NCBI GenBank assembly: GCA_020725675.1
Contig: DYEP01000006.1
Span: 12,160-76,159, forward strand
Reading direction: 5' to 3'
Origin: Symbiobacterium sp.
GTDB taxonomy: Bacteria; Bacillota; Sulfobacillia; DUSP01; DYEP01
DNA length: 64,000 nt
Made by a program: the position numbers and the translations under genes. Positions 41,492 through 50,703 of the stretch are shown here, piece after piece. The notes under the pieces were generated by a model. It was given only the letters and a program-made list of their open reading frames with translations. It ran no database searches and was not told the origin of the DNA. Numbering within the stretch: position 1 is the first letter of the stretch; each line of letters begins with the position of its first letter.

Positions 41492-41915
41492 ACTCGATGA
41501 TTTCCACTACCCTGGGGCGGAATCTCCCTTCCGCTTCCGCTCGTCTGTCGATTCTTCTCAATAGCAAGAACGACAGCAAGAAAAGCACCGCCCCAGCGGC
41601 AGCCGCGGTCCCTTCCGCCGGCAGCGAAAGCCATCTCGCAAGTTGGAATCCAAGTGCAAGCCCGGTTGCTCCCAAGAGTAACGGGAAGATATACACGAGA
41701 AAGGCTGCCTGCAGCATGTACCTGGTCTCAAGGTCCACGCGCACCCGATCTCCCTCTTTTGCTCCCAGTTCATTGACTGCACGAACCAATATTTCGCGGT
41801 CTGGGTGTAGTGCGGACTCCCCACATTTGCCGCAGCTTTTGCACATAGCAGTTCTTTGCATGCGCACTGTGGCATAGACTCCGTCTACAGATACGATTTC
41901 ACCTATGTCCGACAC
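41463..41915 (-). CDS. RseC/MucC-family protein (SoxR-reducing-system-like small membrane protein)
   Basis: 150 aa; N-terminal GEIVSVDGVYATVRMQRTAMCKSCGKCG (CxxCxxC-type) then two TM helices. Confidence 0.45.
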   Translation of the reverse strand: MSDIGEIVSVDGVYATVRMQRTAMCKSCGKCGESALHPDREILVRAVNELGAKEGDRVRVDLETRYMLQAAFLVYIFPLLLGATGLALGFQLARWLSLPAEGTAAAAGAVLFLLSFLLLRRIDRRAEAEGRFRPRVVEIIEYDEGEDDGI

Positions 41916-41972
41916 AGCTGCACCTCCACAGTCTCTATTCTATCACTGTTTGTACCCCCTGAGCAAAGGCCG

Positions 41973-42010
41973 CCAAGACAACAGTCCAGGCCCCCCCTGA
42001 GGGCCTGGAT
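41973..42010 (-). terminator. GC-rich hairpin, probable terminator after yunB
   Basis: CCAGGCCC-cccctga-GGGCCTGG hairpin; weak U-tract. Confidence 0.3.
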
Positions 42011-42024
42011 TGCTCTTTGGTCAC

Positions 42025-42651
42025 TCAATTGCCTATCTTCACGTATGTCTGTGGCACTTCTCCGGGAATGATCGCCTCGGCGATCGGAGAATTCACCACA
42101 ACGCGTATCTCTGAAGAAAACAGGGGGATGACCACCTGTATGATCACTTCCGACTCAAGGTACAGCATGTGCCTTACTGTGTTTATGCCAGCGTCCTCAA
42201 ATTTGTCCTTTAGGTTAACTTGCGCCACACCCACCGGCACCACCCGTACCCCAATCGGAGGCCCGTAGTTGGCGAATAGTACGCTGCCCATGGCCTGGCC
42301 CAATGGGATCTTCACTTCCAGTTCGGACAGGTCACGGAGCGCCCTCTGAATCGCCAGGATACTCGTGGCGAGCACGCGGTTGACCTCGTTGGTGTCGGGT
42401 TGCATGAATACGATGCGGCCCTTTTCATCTCGTTCGATGTAAATGAGTTCCCGGTAGCTGGTGGTCTGAACCAAATTCTCATACACCGCGCGAGCGATTA
42501 CCTCTGTTGCCAGCTTTGTAACGCGCATCTGGCTCACTGCGATTACGGTGGGAGCCAGTGTGCGTTCAAGGAAGTAGCCCGAAAGCACAAACAGCATCAT
42601 GAAGACAAAGAACAACAGACTCACTCGGCTCCTCCGCGCGCGCCACCGCAA
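42025..42651 (-). CDS. yunB: sporulation protein YunB
   Basis: 208 aa; N-terminal TM; conserved ...IPLGQAMGSVLFANYGPPIGVRVVPVG... and ...EVIIQVVIPLFSSEIRVV...IIPGEVP blocks as in YunB. Confidence 0.6.
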   Translation of the reverse strand: MRWRARRSRVSLLFFVFMMLFVLSGYFLERTLAPTVIAVSQMRVTKLATEVIARAVYENLVQTTSYRELIYIERDEKGRIVFMQPDTNEVNRVLATSILAIQRALRDLSELEVKIPLGQAMGSVLFANYGPPIGVRVVPVGVAQVNLKDKFEDAGINTVRHMLYLESEVIIQVVIPLFSSEIRVVVNSPIAEAIIPGEVPQTYVKIGN

Positions 42652-42731
42652 GTGGACCCTCCCCTTCCCGCGATCAAAACCCGGTACTAAATTATACGAA
42701 AGGCGCGGGAAGAAAAGTCACACGCAAAAGA

Positions 42732-43547
42732 TCAGGTTCTGGCAGCCAGACTAATCATGGCCCTTGCTGCTCTGAAGGCGTCTGTGTAGTTCTGAGCGGT
42801 AAAACCCAAGGTAAGTCCGTCAAGTCGCACGGTCCCTGGCATCAGATTGGCAGCACTCGCCTGTCCGGCTGTGGCGAAGCGTAGTGCCAGCTCCACGGGG
42901 CGCGATGCGATCAACGGCTTCACTGTTCCTATGAGGGATACCGCCTGCCTCGCAGTCTCCTCGATGAGTGCTCGAGCTCTTTGAGGTGGCATGCACCACG
43001 CCGCAGCTCTGCCCATAGCTTCTTTGACTTGAGCGGTCCTGACGTGCGGGATCAGCGACTCCGCCTCGCGCGCGACAGCGGCGTCCCCCGAGACAAACAG
43101 CACTGGAACTCCCATCTCACCAGCAAAGTAGGCGTTCATACCCGTCTCACCCATTACCTGGCCATTTATGATGTACTCGAGCACGGATCCTGCGTAAGTA
43201 TGGCTGAGTACACCCTCCACCCCCGCCATGGCGTGGTAGCCCACAAACATGCAGCCGTGAAACGTAGAGTCGAGCCCCTGCATCATACCGTAGGGTTTGG
43301 GAGACCCGGTGATCAGGTCCGCCCTCGGGTCCAGATGCTCTATTAGAATGTTCCGCATGTTGCCATGGGAGTCGTTTACCAGGACGTAAGTAGCCCCGCC
43401 CTTGAACGCTCCTTCAATGGCCGCATTCACTTCCTGCGTCATCAGTAGCCGCGCGCGTTCGTATTCGGCATGGCACTCCGGCCCGGTTTGATCCCAGCTT
43501 ACCACGCCAGACACACCTTCCATGTCTGCAGAGATGTAGATCCTCAC
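42732..43547 (-). CDS. dppA: D-aminopeptidase DppA (peptidase M55)
   Basis: Conserved start ...RIYISADMEGVSGV... (start GTG ~43547; track N-extension of ~21 aa); M55 family blocks (NDSHGNM, HAMAG). Confidence 0.75.
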   Translation of the reverse strand: MRIYISADMEGVSGVVSWDQTGPECHAEYERARLLMTQEVNAAIEGAFKGGATYVLVNDSHGNMRNILIEHLDPRADLITGSPKPYGMMQGLDSTFHGCMFVGYHAMAGVEGVLSHTYAGSVLEYIINGQVMGETGMNAYFAGEMGVPVLFVSGDAAVAREAESLIPHVRTAQVKEAMGRAAAWCMPPQRARALIEETARQAVSLIGTVKPLIASRPVELALRFATAGQASAANLMPGTVRLDGLTLGFTAQNYTDAFRAARAMISLAART

Positions 43548-43678
43548 GCTGCATCCCCTCTCGTTTACATCAAGATGACGTCCCTTGGGAACTCCAGATG
43601 GATTCGTCACGTCAGAAGGCGTCTCCTTCTGGTAGGAAATTGCTGCCGTATGTTGAAATCAATCTTTGAAATTACGGG

Positions 43679-44410
43679 ATGGGAGGCTTGTACGACATGG
43701 CACAGGCGGGTCTTCACGGTATAGCCGGGTTGTATCTGGCCCAGAGCAAACCGAACCTGGAAGGTCAGTTCCGTTACGGGCTGTTGCTCGGTGCGCTCAT
43801 TCCAGATGTGGATTTCTTCCCACTCGCCCTGCTTTATTTCTTCAACTCAAAACTTGCGCTGAGCATGCACAGGTCATTCACCCATAGCCTGCTTGCGGTG
43901 ATAGTGGTCACAGCGTTTTTCCTGCTTAAAGACAAAAGCAAGTCGGGCAAGAGCTTTGCCTGGGGTCTGGGCGCCGGGATGCTGCTTCACATCATCATGG
44001 ATATCGCGGTATGGTTTTCAGGGGTGGACATTCTCTGGCCTCTCGGGGCATTTGGGCTCCAGAGCAAGATTCACCTGTGGGCGAACGTCGCGATAAACCC
44101 GCTGCTGCCCAAGCTCATGGGTGCGCTGGACTACCTGTTTTTCGGCCTTTATTACATCTACCTCGGCTCTCTGGCGAAACGGCACGGGACAGATGCTCAG
44201 ATGCTGCCGTTCCTCCGTCGGGCCACGCTGCTGCAATGGACGTTTCTGGTAGTATTCCTCGCGCTGATGTTCGTGCTGTCACCGTCACTGTTCGATATTG
44301 CACACTATGCCATGTTCATCCCGATCTTCTTTCCCCTCTGCCTGTATATTACAGTCAAAATGAGAAAGACCATAACGTGTGAACAGTTAGACATATCACA
44401 CGCAGCCTGA
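43679..44410 (+). CDS. membrane-bound metal-dependent hydrolase (DUF457/YdjM-like)
   Basis: 243 aa multi-TM protein with SFTHSLL and HIIMD histidine motifs. Confidence 0.55.
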   Translation: MGGLYDMAQAGLHGIAGLYLAQSKPNLEGQFRYGLLLGALIPDVDFFPLALLYFFNSKLALSMHRSFTHSLLAVIVVTAFFLLKDKSKSGKSFAWGLGAGMLLHIIMDIAVWFSGVDILWPLGAFGLQSKIHLWANVAINPLLPKLMGALDYLFFGLYYIYLGSLAKRHGTDAQMLPFLRRATLLQWTFLVVFLALMFVLSPSLFDIAHYAMFIPIFFPLCLYITVKMRKTITCEQLDISHAA

Positions 44411-44961
44411 TGAACCTTCAAGGAGGGATTTGTGTGACCAAGGATGTAATAGATGCAATAAACGACAGGCGAAGCATCCGGGAGTTCACAGCGGACGACG
44501 TACCAGAAGCCACCATCACTCGTCTGCTGGAGGCAGCGTGTAGAGCACCGTCTGCAGGTAACAGGCAACCCTGGTTTTTCTATCTGGTACGCGCACAAAA
44601 GGTCAAGAGCGCTCTCGCCCGCGCCGCTTACGATCAGAGGTTCCTCGAGGAAGCGCCCTGGGTCATTGTGGTATGCGCGGAACCGGACCGCTCGGCCGAA
44701 AGGTACGGAAAGAGGGGCAGAGATCTGTATTGCATCCAGGATACGGCGGCAGCAGTCCAGAACATACTGCTGGCGGCGGACGGCTTTGGTCTGGGAACTT
44801 GCTGGGTCGGGGCGTTCGACGAGGTACGTGCTGCACAGGTGCTTGAGATAGACCCTGAGGTGCGGCGACCCGTCGCCATGATCCCTGTGGGAATCCCCGC
44901 TTCCCGACCCTCCCCACGCGCGAGACGTCCAGTCAGTGAGGTCTCGACGGTGATACGGTAG
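44410..44961 (+). CDS. nitroreductase-family protein
   Basis: 183 aa; RRSIREFT...PSAGNRQPW nitroreductase signature. Confidence 0.8.
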   Translation: MNLQGGICVTKDVIDAINDRRSIREFTADDVPEATITRLLEAACRAPSAGNRQPWFFYLVRAQKVKSALARAAYDQRFLEEAPWVIVVCAEPDRSAERYGKRGRDLYCIQDTAAAVQNILLAADGFGLGTCWVGAFDEVRAAQVLEIDPEVRRPVAMIPVGIPASRPSPRARRPVSEVSTVIR

Positions 44962-44970
44962 GTTGCGTGG

Positions 44971-45003
44971 AAAAGGAGGCCCATGCAAGCGGGCCTCCTT
45001 TCT
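44971..45003. terminator. bidirectional rho-independent terminator between convergent genes
   Basis: AAAAGGAGGCCC-atgcaagc-GGGCCTCCTTTC perfect 11-12 bp stem with A-run / T-run flanks. Confidence 0.65.
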
Positions 45004-45006
45004 CAC

Positions 45007-46401
45007 TCACTGAAAACGGGAAAACGCCCTGTACAGGCGATCGATGAGTTCGTCCGCCTGCTCCTTTGTAATGATAAGCGGAGGTCCCACAAGAAAATGG
45101 TCTCCCAGGACGCCGTCGACGGCTCCTCCCCCGGGATATACCACAACTCCTTCCTCCAGCGCGATGCGGGTAAATCGCTCGGCGGCCTGTCCTCCCCCCT
45201 GAGGGAACGGCATTTTCGTATCCCGATCCTGCACAAGCTCGATCCCTATCATTAACCCTTTGCCGCGCACATCCCCCACGTTCGGGTGGGAGTGCAAAAC
45301 CGTCAACAGCCCATCAAGCAGGTACTGCCCGATATCAGCAGAATTCTTGGCGAGGTCGTGCTCGGTGTAGTAATCCAGCACGGCGCAACCAACCCGGCAG
45401 GCGAGAGGATTTGCCCCGTACGTATGCCCGTGTACAAACTTACCGCTGCCGCGCAGGAACGCCTCCCAGATACGCTCCCTCGCAATAACCGCGCCTATTG
45501 GAAAATACCCCGCTCCCATCCCTTTTGCCACGGTCATGAGATCCGGCACCACTCCCCAGTGCTCAATTGCAAAGTGCCGGCCTGTACGGCCGAATCCGGT
45601 CATCACTTCATCTACGATCAGCAGTATGTCGTATCTGTCACAGATCTCCCTGATAATACGCCAGTACTCAGGGGGAGGAACGATAGCCCCTGTTGCCGCC
45701 CCTCCTATGGGTTCAGCAATGAATGCCGCTATGTAATCGGCACTTTCTGTCTTTATCACAGTGTCCAGCTCGTATGCGCATTTGATGCCGCACTCCGGGT
45801 AGGTCCGGTTATATGGGCACCGGTAGCAGTACGGCGGGTTTATATGAGGGAAATCTACCAGCATTGGCGCATACTTCCGTCTCCTCCCGACCGTGCCGCT
45901 CATCGACAGCGCACCGAGGGTGTTACCGTGAAATGCGTGCCACCTGCCTATGACCTTGTGCTTTTGTGACACGCCGTCCCGTTCCAGGAAGTACTGTCTT
46001 GCCATTTTCATCGCAGTTTCCGTTGCTTCTGACCCTCCCGATACCAGGTAGACCCGATTTAGATCTCCCGGTGCAAGCGTCGCTACCTTCCTGCAGAGCT
46101 CCAAAAGCCACGGTGTGGTGAACCTGGACTGGTGCGCAAAACCGAGCGTCCTGGCCTGCTCGGCCAAGGCCTCCGCGATACCCGGCAGCCCCTGCCCGAT
46201 GTTCGTCACGAGCGCCCCTGAGCAACCATCGATGTATCTGTTTCCGTCCTTGTCCCAAAGGTATATGCCACTACCCTTCACGAGCACAGGGTGTGAGCGT
46301 GAAACGTCCCGATAAAACACCCACCTATCGTCCACCGCATGTTCGCCCCCCGTCACTTCTTCCTTGACCCCGGTTTCCAGTACACCTCGTGAGTCTCCCA
46401 T
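45007..46401 (-). CDS. class III (omega-type) PLP-dependent aminotransferase
   Basis: 464 aa; aminotransferase class-III fold blocks (…LVSGGSEATETAMKMAR…, DEVMTGFGRTG, TVAKGMG Lys). Confidence 0.85.
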   Translation of the reverse strand: MGDSRGVLETGVKEEVTGGEHAVDDRWVFYRDVSRSHPVLVKGSGIYLWDKDGNRYIDGCSGALVTNIGQGLPGIAEALAEQARTLGFAHQSRFTTPWLLELCRKVATLAPGDLNRVYLVSGGSEATETAMKMARQYFLERDGVSQKHKVIGRWHAFHGNTLGALSMSGTVGRRRKYAPMLVDFPHINPPYCYRCPYNRTYPECGIKCAYELDTVIKTESADYIAAFIAEPIGGAATGAIVPPPEYWRIIREICDRYDILLIVDEVMTGFGRTGRHFAIEHWGVVPDLMTVAKGMGAGYFPIGAVIARERIWEAFLRGSGKFVHGHTYGANPLACRVGCAVLDYYTEHDLAKNSADIGQYLLDGLLTVLHSHPNVGDVRGKGLMIGIELVQDRDTKMPFPQGGGQAAERFTRIALEEGVVVYPGGGAVDGVLGDHFLVGPPLIITKEQADELIDRLYRAFSRFQ

Positions 46402-47225
46402 AGTCTCTCAAGGCGGTCCAGCGCTTCAATGGTCGCGCCGCGCCTTAGTGCGCCCACACCAGCCACCAGCACGTTTACCAGGCTGAGTGGGCCGACGAAC
46501 GAATCGGCGAAATGCCGGAAGCCGCTCTTTGCCAAAAGCACCGTATCCGCATACTCCGTCAGCGGTGAAAGCACGCTGTCAGTGATGGCAATGGTATTTG
46601 CGCCGTTTTCTCTCGCAAGTCGTATGAGCTCCACCGTGACCATAGAGTACCTGGGGAAGGAGAGCGCAACTACCGTATCGCCCACCCCAATATTCGCCAT
46701 CTGGTCATACATGTCTGCAGTGCCGTATCCGAGTACCGATACGTCAGGCAGGATCCACCTCAGGTAAAACCCCATAAAGAAAGCGAGGGAGAACGTGCTT
46801 CTGTAACCGATAATGCGTACGCGCTTTGATGTACTCAGCATCTTCACAGCCTGCTCCACTGCGCTGTAGTCCACTTCGGTCATGGTGCGCGCCACCAGTT
46901 CCATGTCATCTTGAAATACCCTGCTGATCCAGTTTTCCTCGTCAAGCCCTTCAGTAGAGCCTACGAGTCGGTCCACCGTAGTCAGTTTGCTCTTTAAGAC
47001 CTCCTGAAGCGCCTCTTGGAACTCCGGGTAGCCCTCATATCCCAGCGCAGAGGCGAACCGCACGACCGTCGATTCACTCACTCCCACTGCGCGCCCTACC
47101 TTGGCCGCTGTCATAAATACGGCCTTGTCATAATGTTCGATAAAGAACTCGGCAATAGCCCTTTGGGAGCTGGACATCTCGTTGATCCGCTGCTTGATCC
47201 TATCTATGACCTCTACTGGTTCCAA
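46353..47225 (-). CDS. MurR/RpiR-family transcriptional regulator (HTH_6 + SIS domain)
   Basis: 290 aa; N-terminal RpiR HTH (SQRAIAEFFIEHYDKAVFMTAAKVGRAVGVSESTVVRFA) and SIS domain. Confidence 0.8.
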   Translation of the reverse strand: MEPVEVIDRIKQRINEMSSSQRAIAEFFIEHYDKAVFMTAAKVGRAVGVSESTVVRFASALGYEGYPEFQEALQEVLKSKLTTVDRLVGSTEGLDEENWISRVFQDDMELVARTMTEVDYSAVEQAVKMLSTSKRVRIIGYRSTFSLAFFMGFYLRWILPDVSVLGYGTADMYDQMANIGVGDTVVALSFPRYSMVTVELIRLARENGANTIAITDSVLSPLTEYADTVLLAKSGFRHFADSFVGPLSLVNVLVAGVGALRRGATIEALDRLERLWETHEVYWKPGSRKK

Positions 47226-47237
47226 CTGAAGACCCCC

Positions 47238-49190
47238 TTAGACCTGCCGGATAGCGCCCAGACGGCGTTGCCGGGTCAGGTATTCGTACAGTGTAATGGC
47301 GAGGATAATGAACAGACCCGCCCCATCTATAGTGGGGTTTGGATCGATCAGCGCGATGGCCGCAACAAACAGGAGACCTCGCTGCACCCAGGGTATGGGA
47401 TAGAGGTAGTAGCCCTGAATGGCGGCGGACAGCGCCACGATGCCGATGATGGCCGTGGGGATGGCCACCAGGATCCTGGCAAGCGGGGCATTGAGTATGA
47501 GCGCTGGACCGTAAATGAACATGAAAGGCACAAGATAGGCAGAAAGGCCCAGCTTAAACGCCTCCCATCCCGTCCTCATTGGATTTGCGCCGGCCAGCCC
47601 AGCCGCTGCATACGATGCCAGACCCACAGGTGGCGTGATATCCGCATCAGTGCCGAAGTATAGGATAAACAGGTGCGCAGCCATGAGTGGCGCTCCCAGG
47701 TCCACCAGTGCAGGCGCAACGAGTGTCGCCATGATGATGTACTTGGCAGTTGTAGGTACACCCATACCCAGGATGAGCGCAGATATCATCGTCAGGGGGA
47801 GCGCTAATATGAGGTGCCCTCTTGACAGGTCCACGATCAGTGTGGAGAACTTGAGTCCAAGACCTGTCATTGTCACCACTCCGATGATGATGCCTGCCAC
47901 AGCGCAGGCAGAAGCCACCTCCAGGGCACGCATGGTGCCATCAGCCAGTGCAGACATGATGTCCCTCGGGTACATCCGGCTCTCTTTACGGATCCAGCTT
48001 AGGGGTACCGTGAGCAGGATGGCATAAAGCACCGATCGAGACGGGGAATGCCCTGAAGACAGCATAAAGATCAAGACGATCAGCGGGAGGAAATAGTAAA
48101 AGCCCTTCTTCAGGGTTGCTCCAAGGTGCGGCAGATCCTCTCTGGGCAGCCCCACGAGTCCCTCCCGCTTGGACCTAAAGTGAACCATAAAATATGTGGC
48201 TGTGAAGTAAAGCACAGCTGGAACCACCGCCGCGGTCATCACCTTAGCATAAGGTACTGACAGCCACTCCGCCATAACAAACGCAGCTGCGCCCATGACA
48301 GGCGGCAGTATCTGTCCTCCCGTCGAGGCTGCCGCTTCCACCCCTGCGGCGAACGCAGGGTGATATCCCATTTTCTTCATCAGCGGTATGGTGAAAGTAC
48401 CGGTGGTCACCACGTTCGCAGTGGAACTCCCAGTGATGGATCCCATAAGACCAGAGAATACCACAGCAGCCTTGGCAGGTCCGCCCACAAAGCGACCTGT
48501 CAGCGCAAACGAAAGGTCGCGAAAGAAGTCGCCCGCACCGGATCGCTCAAGGAATGACCCAAAGATGATGAAAAGAAGGATGAACTTGGCCGAAACGCCG
48601 AGCGGTATGCCGAACACGGCCGCGTCGGTCAGATACATATAAGGAAAGATCCGAGAGAAACTGTACCCACGGTGCCTGAGCAGTCCCGGCATCGCTCGGC
48701 CAAAGTAGGCATACGTGAGAAAGACGAGGCCTACAATGACGATGGGCCAGCCTACCGTCCGCCTACCTGCCTCAAGCACCACCGCGACGAAGATCGCCCC
48801 AAAAACCACGTCGGTGAGTGTGGGCGCACCAGCCCTCGCCGCTATCTCGGTCCAGTTCAGCCAGACGTAAAGCCCGAGGAATACAGATGTCAGCACCAGC
48901 AGTACATCAACGATTCCTGGCTGTTTCCCCTTGTGCCGCGGGGACATCGGGTAAAGGAGAAACAGTAGCGAAGCAAGGAGCATCCAGTGGATGTTCCGGA
49001 AAAGCAGCGCGAACGGGGGGCCAAAATACGCGCAGTATAGGTGATAAAGGCCCGTGCCTGCCGCTAGCGCCTGCGCGAAGATCGCCCATATTCCCGAAAG
49101 GACTCTCTTCTTCCCTAGCGCCAGTTCTCTCGCTCTGGCATACATCTCTTTCTGATCGGGTGCATCAAGCGGTGAGGACATACTATTCAA
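47238..49190 (-). CDS. TRAP transporter, TAXI-type fused 4TM/12TM permease
   Basis: 650 aa polytopic membrane protein; adjacent TAXI receptor and DUF1850. Confidence 0.8.
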   Translation of the reverse strand: MNSMSSPLDAPDQKEMYARARELALGKKRVLSGIWAIFAQALAAGTGLYHLYCAYFGPPFALLFRNIHWMLLASLLFLLYPMSPRHKGKQPGIVDVLLVLTSVFLGLYVWLNWTEIAARAGAPTLTDVVFGAIFVAVVLEAGRRTVGWPIVIVGLVFLTYAYFGRAMPGLLRHRGYSFSRIFPYMYLTDAAVFGIPLGVSAKFILLFIIFGSFLERSGAGDFFRDLSFALTGRFVGGPAKAAVVFSGLMGSITGSSTANVVTTGTFTIPLMKKMGYHPAFAAGVEAAASTGGQILPPVMGAAAFVMAEWLSVPYAKVMTAAVVPAVLYFTATYFMVHFRSKREGLVGLPREDLPHLGATLKKGFYYFLPLIVLIFMLSSGHSPSRSVLYAILLTVPLSWIRKESRMYPRDIMSALADGTMRALEVASACAVAGIIIGVVTMTGLGLKFSTLIVDLSRGHLILALPLTMISALILGMGVPTTAKYIIMATLVAPALVDLGAPLMAAHLFILYFGTDADITPPVGLASYAAAGLAGANPMRTGWEAFKLGLSAYLVPFMFIYGPALILNAPLARILVAIPTAIIGIVALSAAIQGYYLYPIPWVQRGLLFVAAIALIDPNPTIDGAGLFIILAITLYEYLTRQRRLGAIRQV

Positions 49191-49208
49191 TGGCGATCAC
49201 CTCCTCCA

Positions 49209-49673
49209 TCACGGCCAGCGCCTTATCCTGACCAGGATACGGCTGCCGGCCGGCGCTACATCCGAGAGCAGAAACTCCCTGTCCGGCATGATGAAACGCT
49301 GGCTCACAGTATACGCTACCCTGAAGGCGATCTCGTCCATCTCCTCCGTGTAACCTGATATGATTACCCGGTTCCCATCGAGCGAGAACTCCCGTGCTGC
49401 CATGGACTCAAGACCCGCTCCATACCACTCGTAGGACTCGGATACGAGGCGAATCCGGCAGTGCTCAGTCACTTCCCATACCTGGCATACCGGGGTTCTG
49501 TCCGAAGAGTGGATGTACTCGGTGATGAACCTTTCCCCCGCCCATGTGGGTGCAGCATATACTACTTCTCCATCGTCCGCACGTACCACCTGCAGCATAC
49601 ACGAAGGGCGCCGGACGATGAGCACGGCGCCCACCAAGAGAATTACAATCGCGGCCCTTCCCGCGAGCTTCAT
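49209..49673 (-). CDS. DUF1850-domain protein associated with TAXI-TRAP systems
   Basis: Conserved part begins MKLAGRAAIVILLV (TM/signal); the ~65-aa N-extension in the track is Pro/Ser/Thr-rich and probably spurious; position between TAXI receptor and permease. Confidence 0.5.
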   Translation of the reverse strand: MKLAGRAAIVILLVGAVLIVRRPSCMLQVVRADDGEVVYAAPTWAGERFITEYIHSSDRTPVCQVWEVTEHCRIRLVSESYEWYGAGLESMAAREFSLDGNRVIISGYTEEMDEIAFRVAYTVSQRFIMPDREFLLSDVAPAGSRILVRIRRWP

Positions 49674-49674
49674 G

Positions 49675-50673
49675 CTACTTAATCGCTCCAAGCTCCTGAA
49701 ATGCCTTCTTTGCGCCCGGGTGCAGTGGTATGGGAGTGTCCGCTCCCAGCACCGGGGTGAACTGGTTGGCGATGGGGTGGATGGCCGCCAGCTGTTTCTT
49801 GGAGTCATCGTTGAAGATGGCCAGTACAATCTGTTTTGCCAGTTCCTCGTCCATGTCCTTGTGGGCAACCATCACGTTGGAGACCATGAGTACACGAGTG
49901 TCCGTCTGAACCTTCCTGTACGCGCCGGCGGGTATAGTGCCCTTGGTGAAGTAAGGGTACTTGGCGATAATGGTATCGAGCAAGTTGTCCTCAAATGGGA
50001 TCAACCGGATGTCATGTGTCGCGCTAATTTCCTCAATGATGGCGCCGGGATATGCAAAATTGTAGAACACGGCGTCAACGATCCCGTCCTTTAGGGCTTC
50101 GGCCGCCTCAGGCTGAGAGTAGTTCACCGTGTTCACCTTATCCCTGATCCCCGCAGCTTCTAGAATGATATATGAGGTGACCTCGCACCCACTTCCCGCT
50201 GCATCTACGCTGACCTTTTTCCCCACCAGATCGTGCACGGACTGGATGTCCGAGTTCGCCAGCACGAGCAGGTGCTGTGGTGCCGGGTACATAGAAAACA
50301 GCGCCAGAATGGGGAGCTTTCCGTCCTTGAAATTGCCCCTGCCTTCATATGCGTCGTAAGCGACGTTACCCATGGCCATACCCATCTCTGATTCACCGCG
50401 CCCGACCAGACGACAGTTTTCCACAGAAGCAGCTGTCGACTCGGACTGAGCAAAAACATTTGGGACCTTGTCAGAGATAATTTTGGCAATACCCGCTCCC
50501 AGCGGGAAGTATACGCCGCCTGGGCTACCCGAACTCACTACAATGAACTTGATCTCAGGCTTCTTTGGCTCTTGTTCACCCGCCGGGGCCGGCTTGGACG
50601 CACAACCCGCCAGAAGCATACAAATCAGCCCGATGGTAATGCAGAAGGCAACAACCCTCATAGCGCCCTTCAC
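49675..50673 (-). CDS. TAXI-family TRAP transporter solute receptor (lipoprotein)
   Basis: 332 aa; lipobox LLAGC; TAXI blocks (SGSPGGVYFPLGAGIA...). Confidence 0.8.
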   Translation of the reverse strand: MKGAMRVVAFCITIGLICMLLAGCASKPAPAGEQEPKKPEIKFIVVSSGSPGGVYFPLGAGIAKIISDKVPNVFAQSESTAASVENCRLVGRGESEMGMAMGNVAYDAYEGRGNFKDGKLPILALFSMYPAPQHLLVLANSDIQSVHDLVGKKVSVDAAGSGCEVTSYIILEAAGIRDKVNTVNYSQPEAAEALKDGIVDAVFYNFAYPGAIIEEISATHDIRLIPFEDNLLDTIIAKYPYFTKGTIPAGAYRKVQTDTRVLMVSNVMVAHKDMDEELAKQIVLAIFNDDSKKQLAAIHPIANQFTPVLGADTPIPLHPGAKKAFQELGAIK

Positions 50674-50703
50674 AATACGTTCCCCTCCCTGGTTAACTTA
50701 TTA

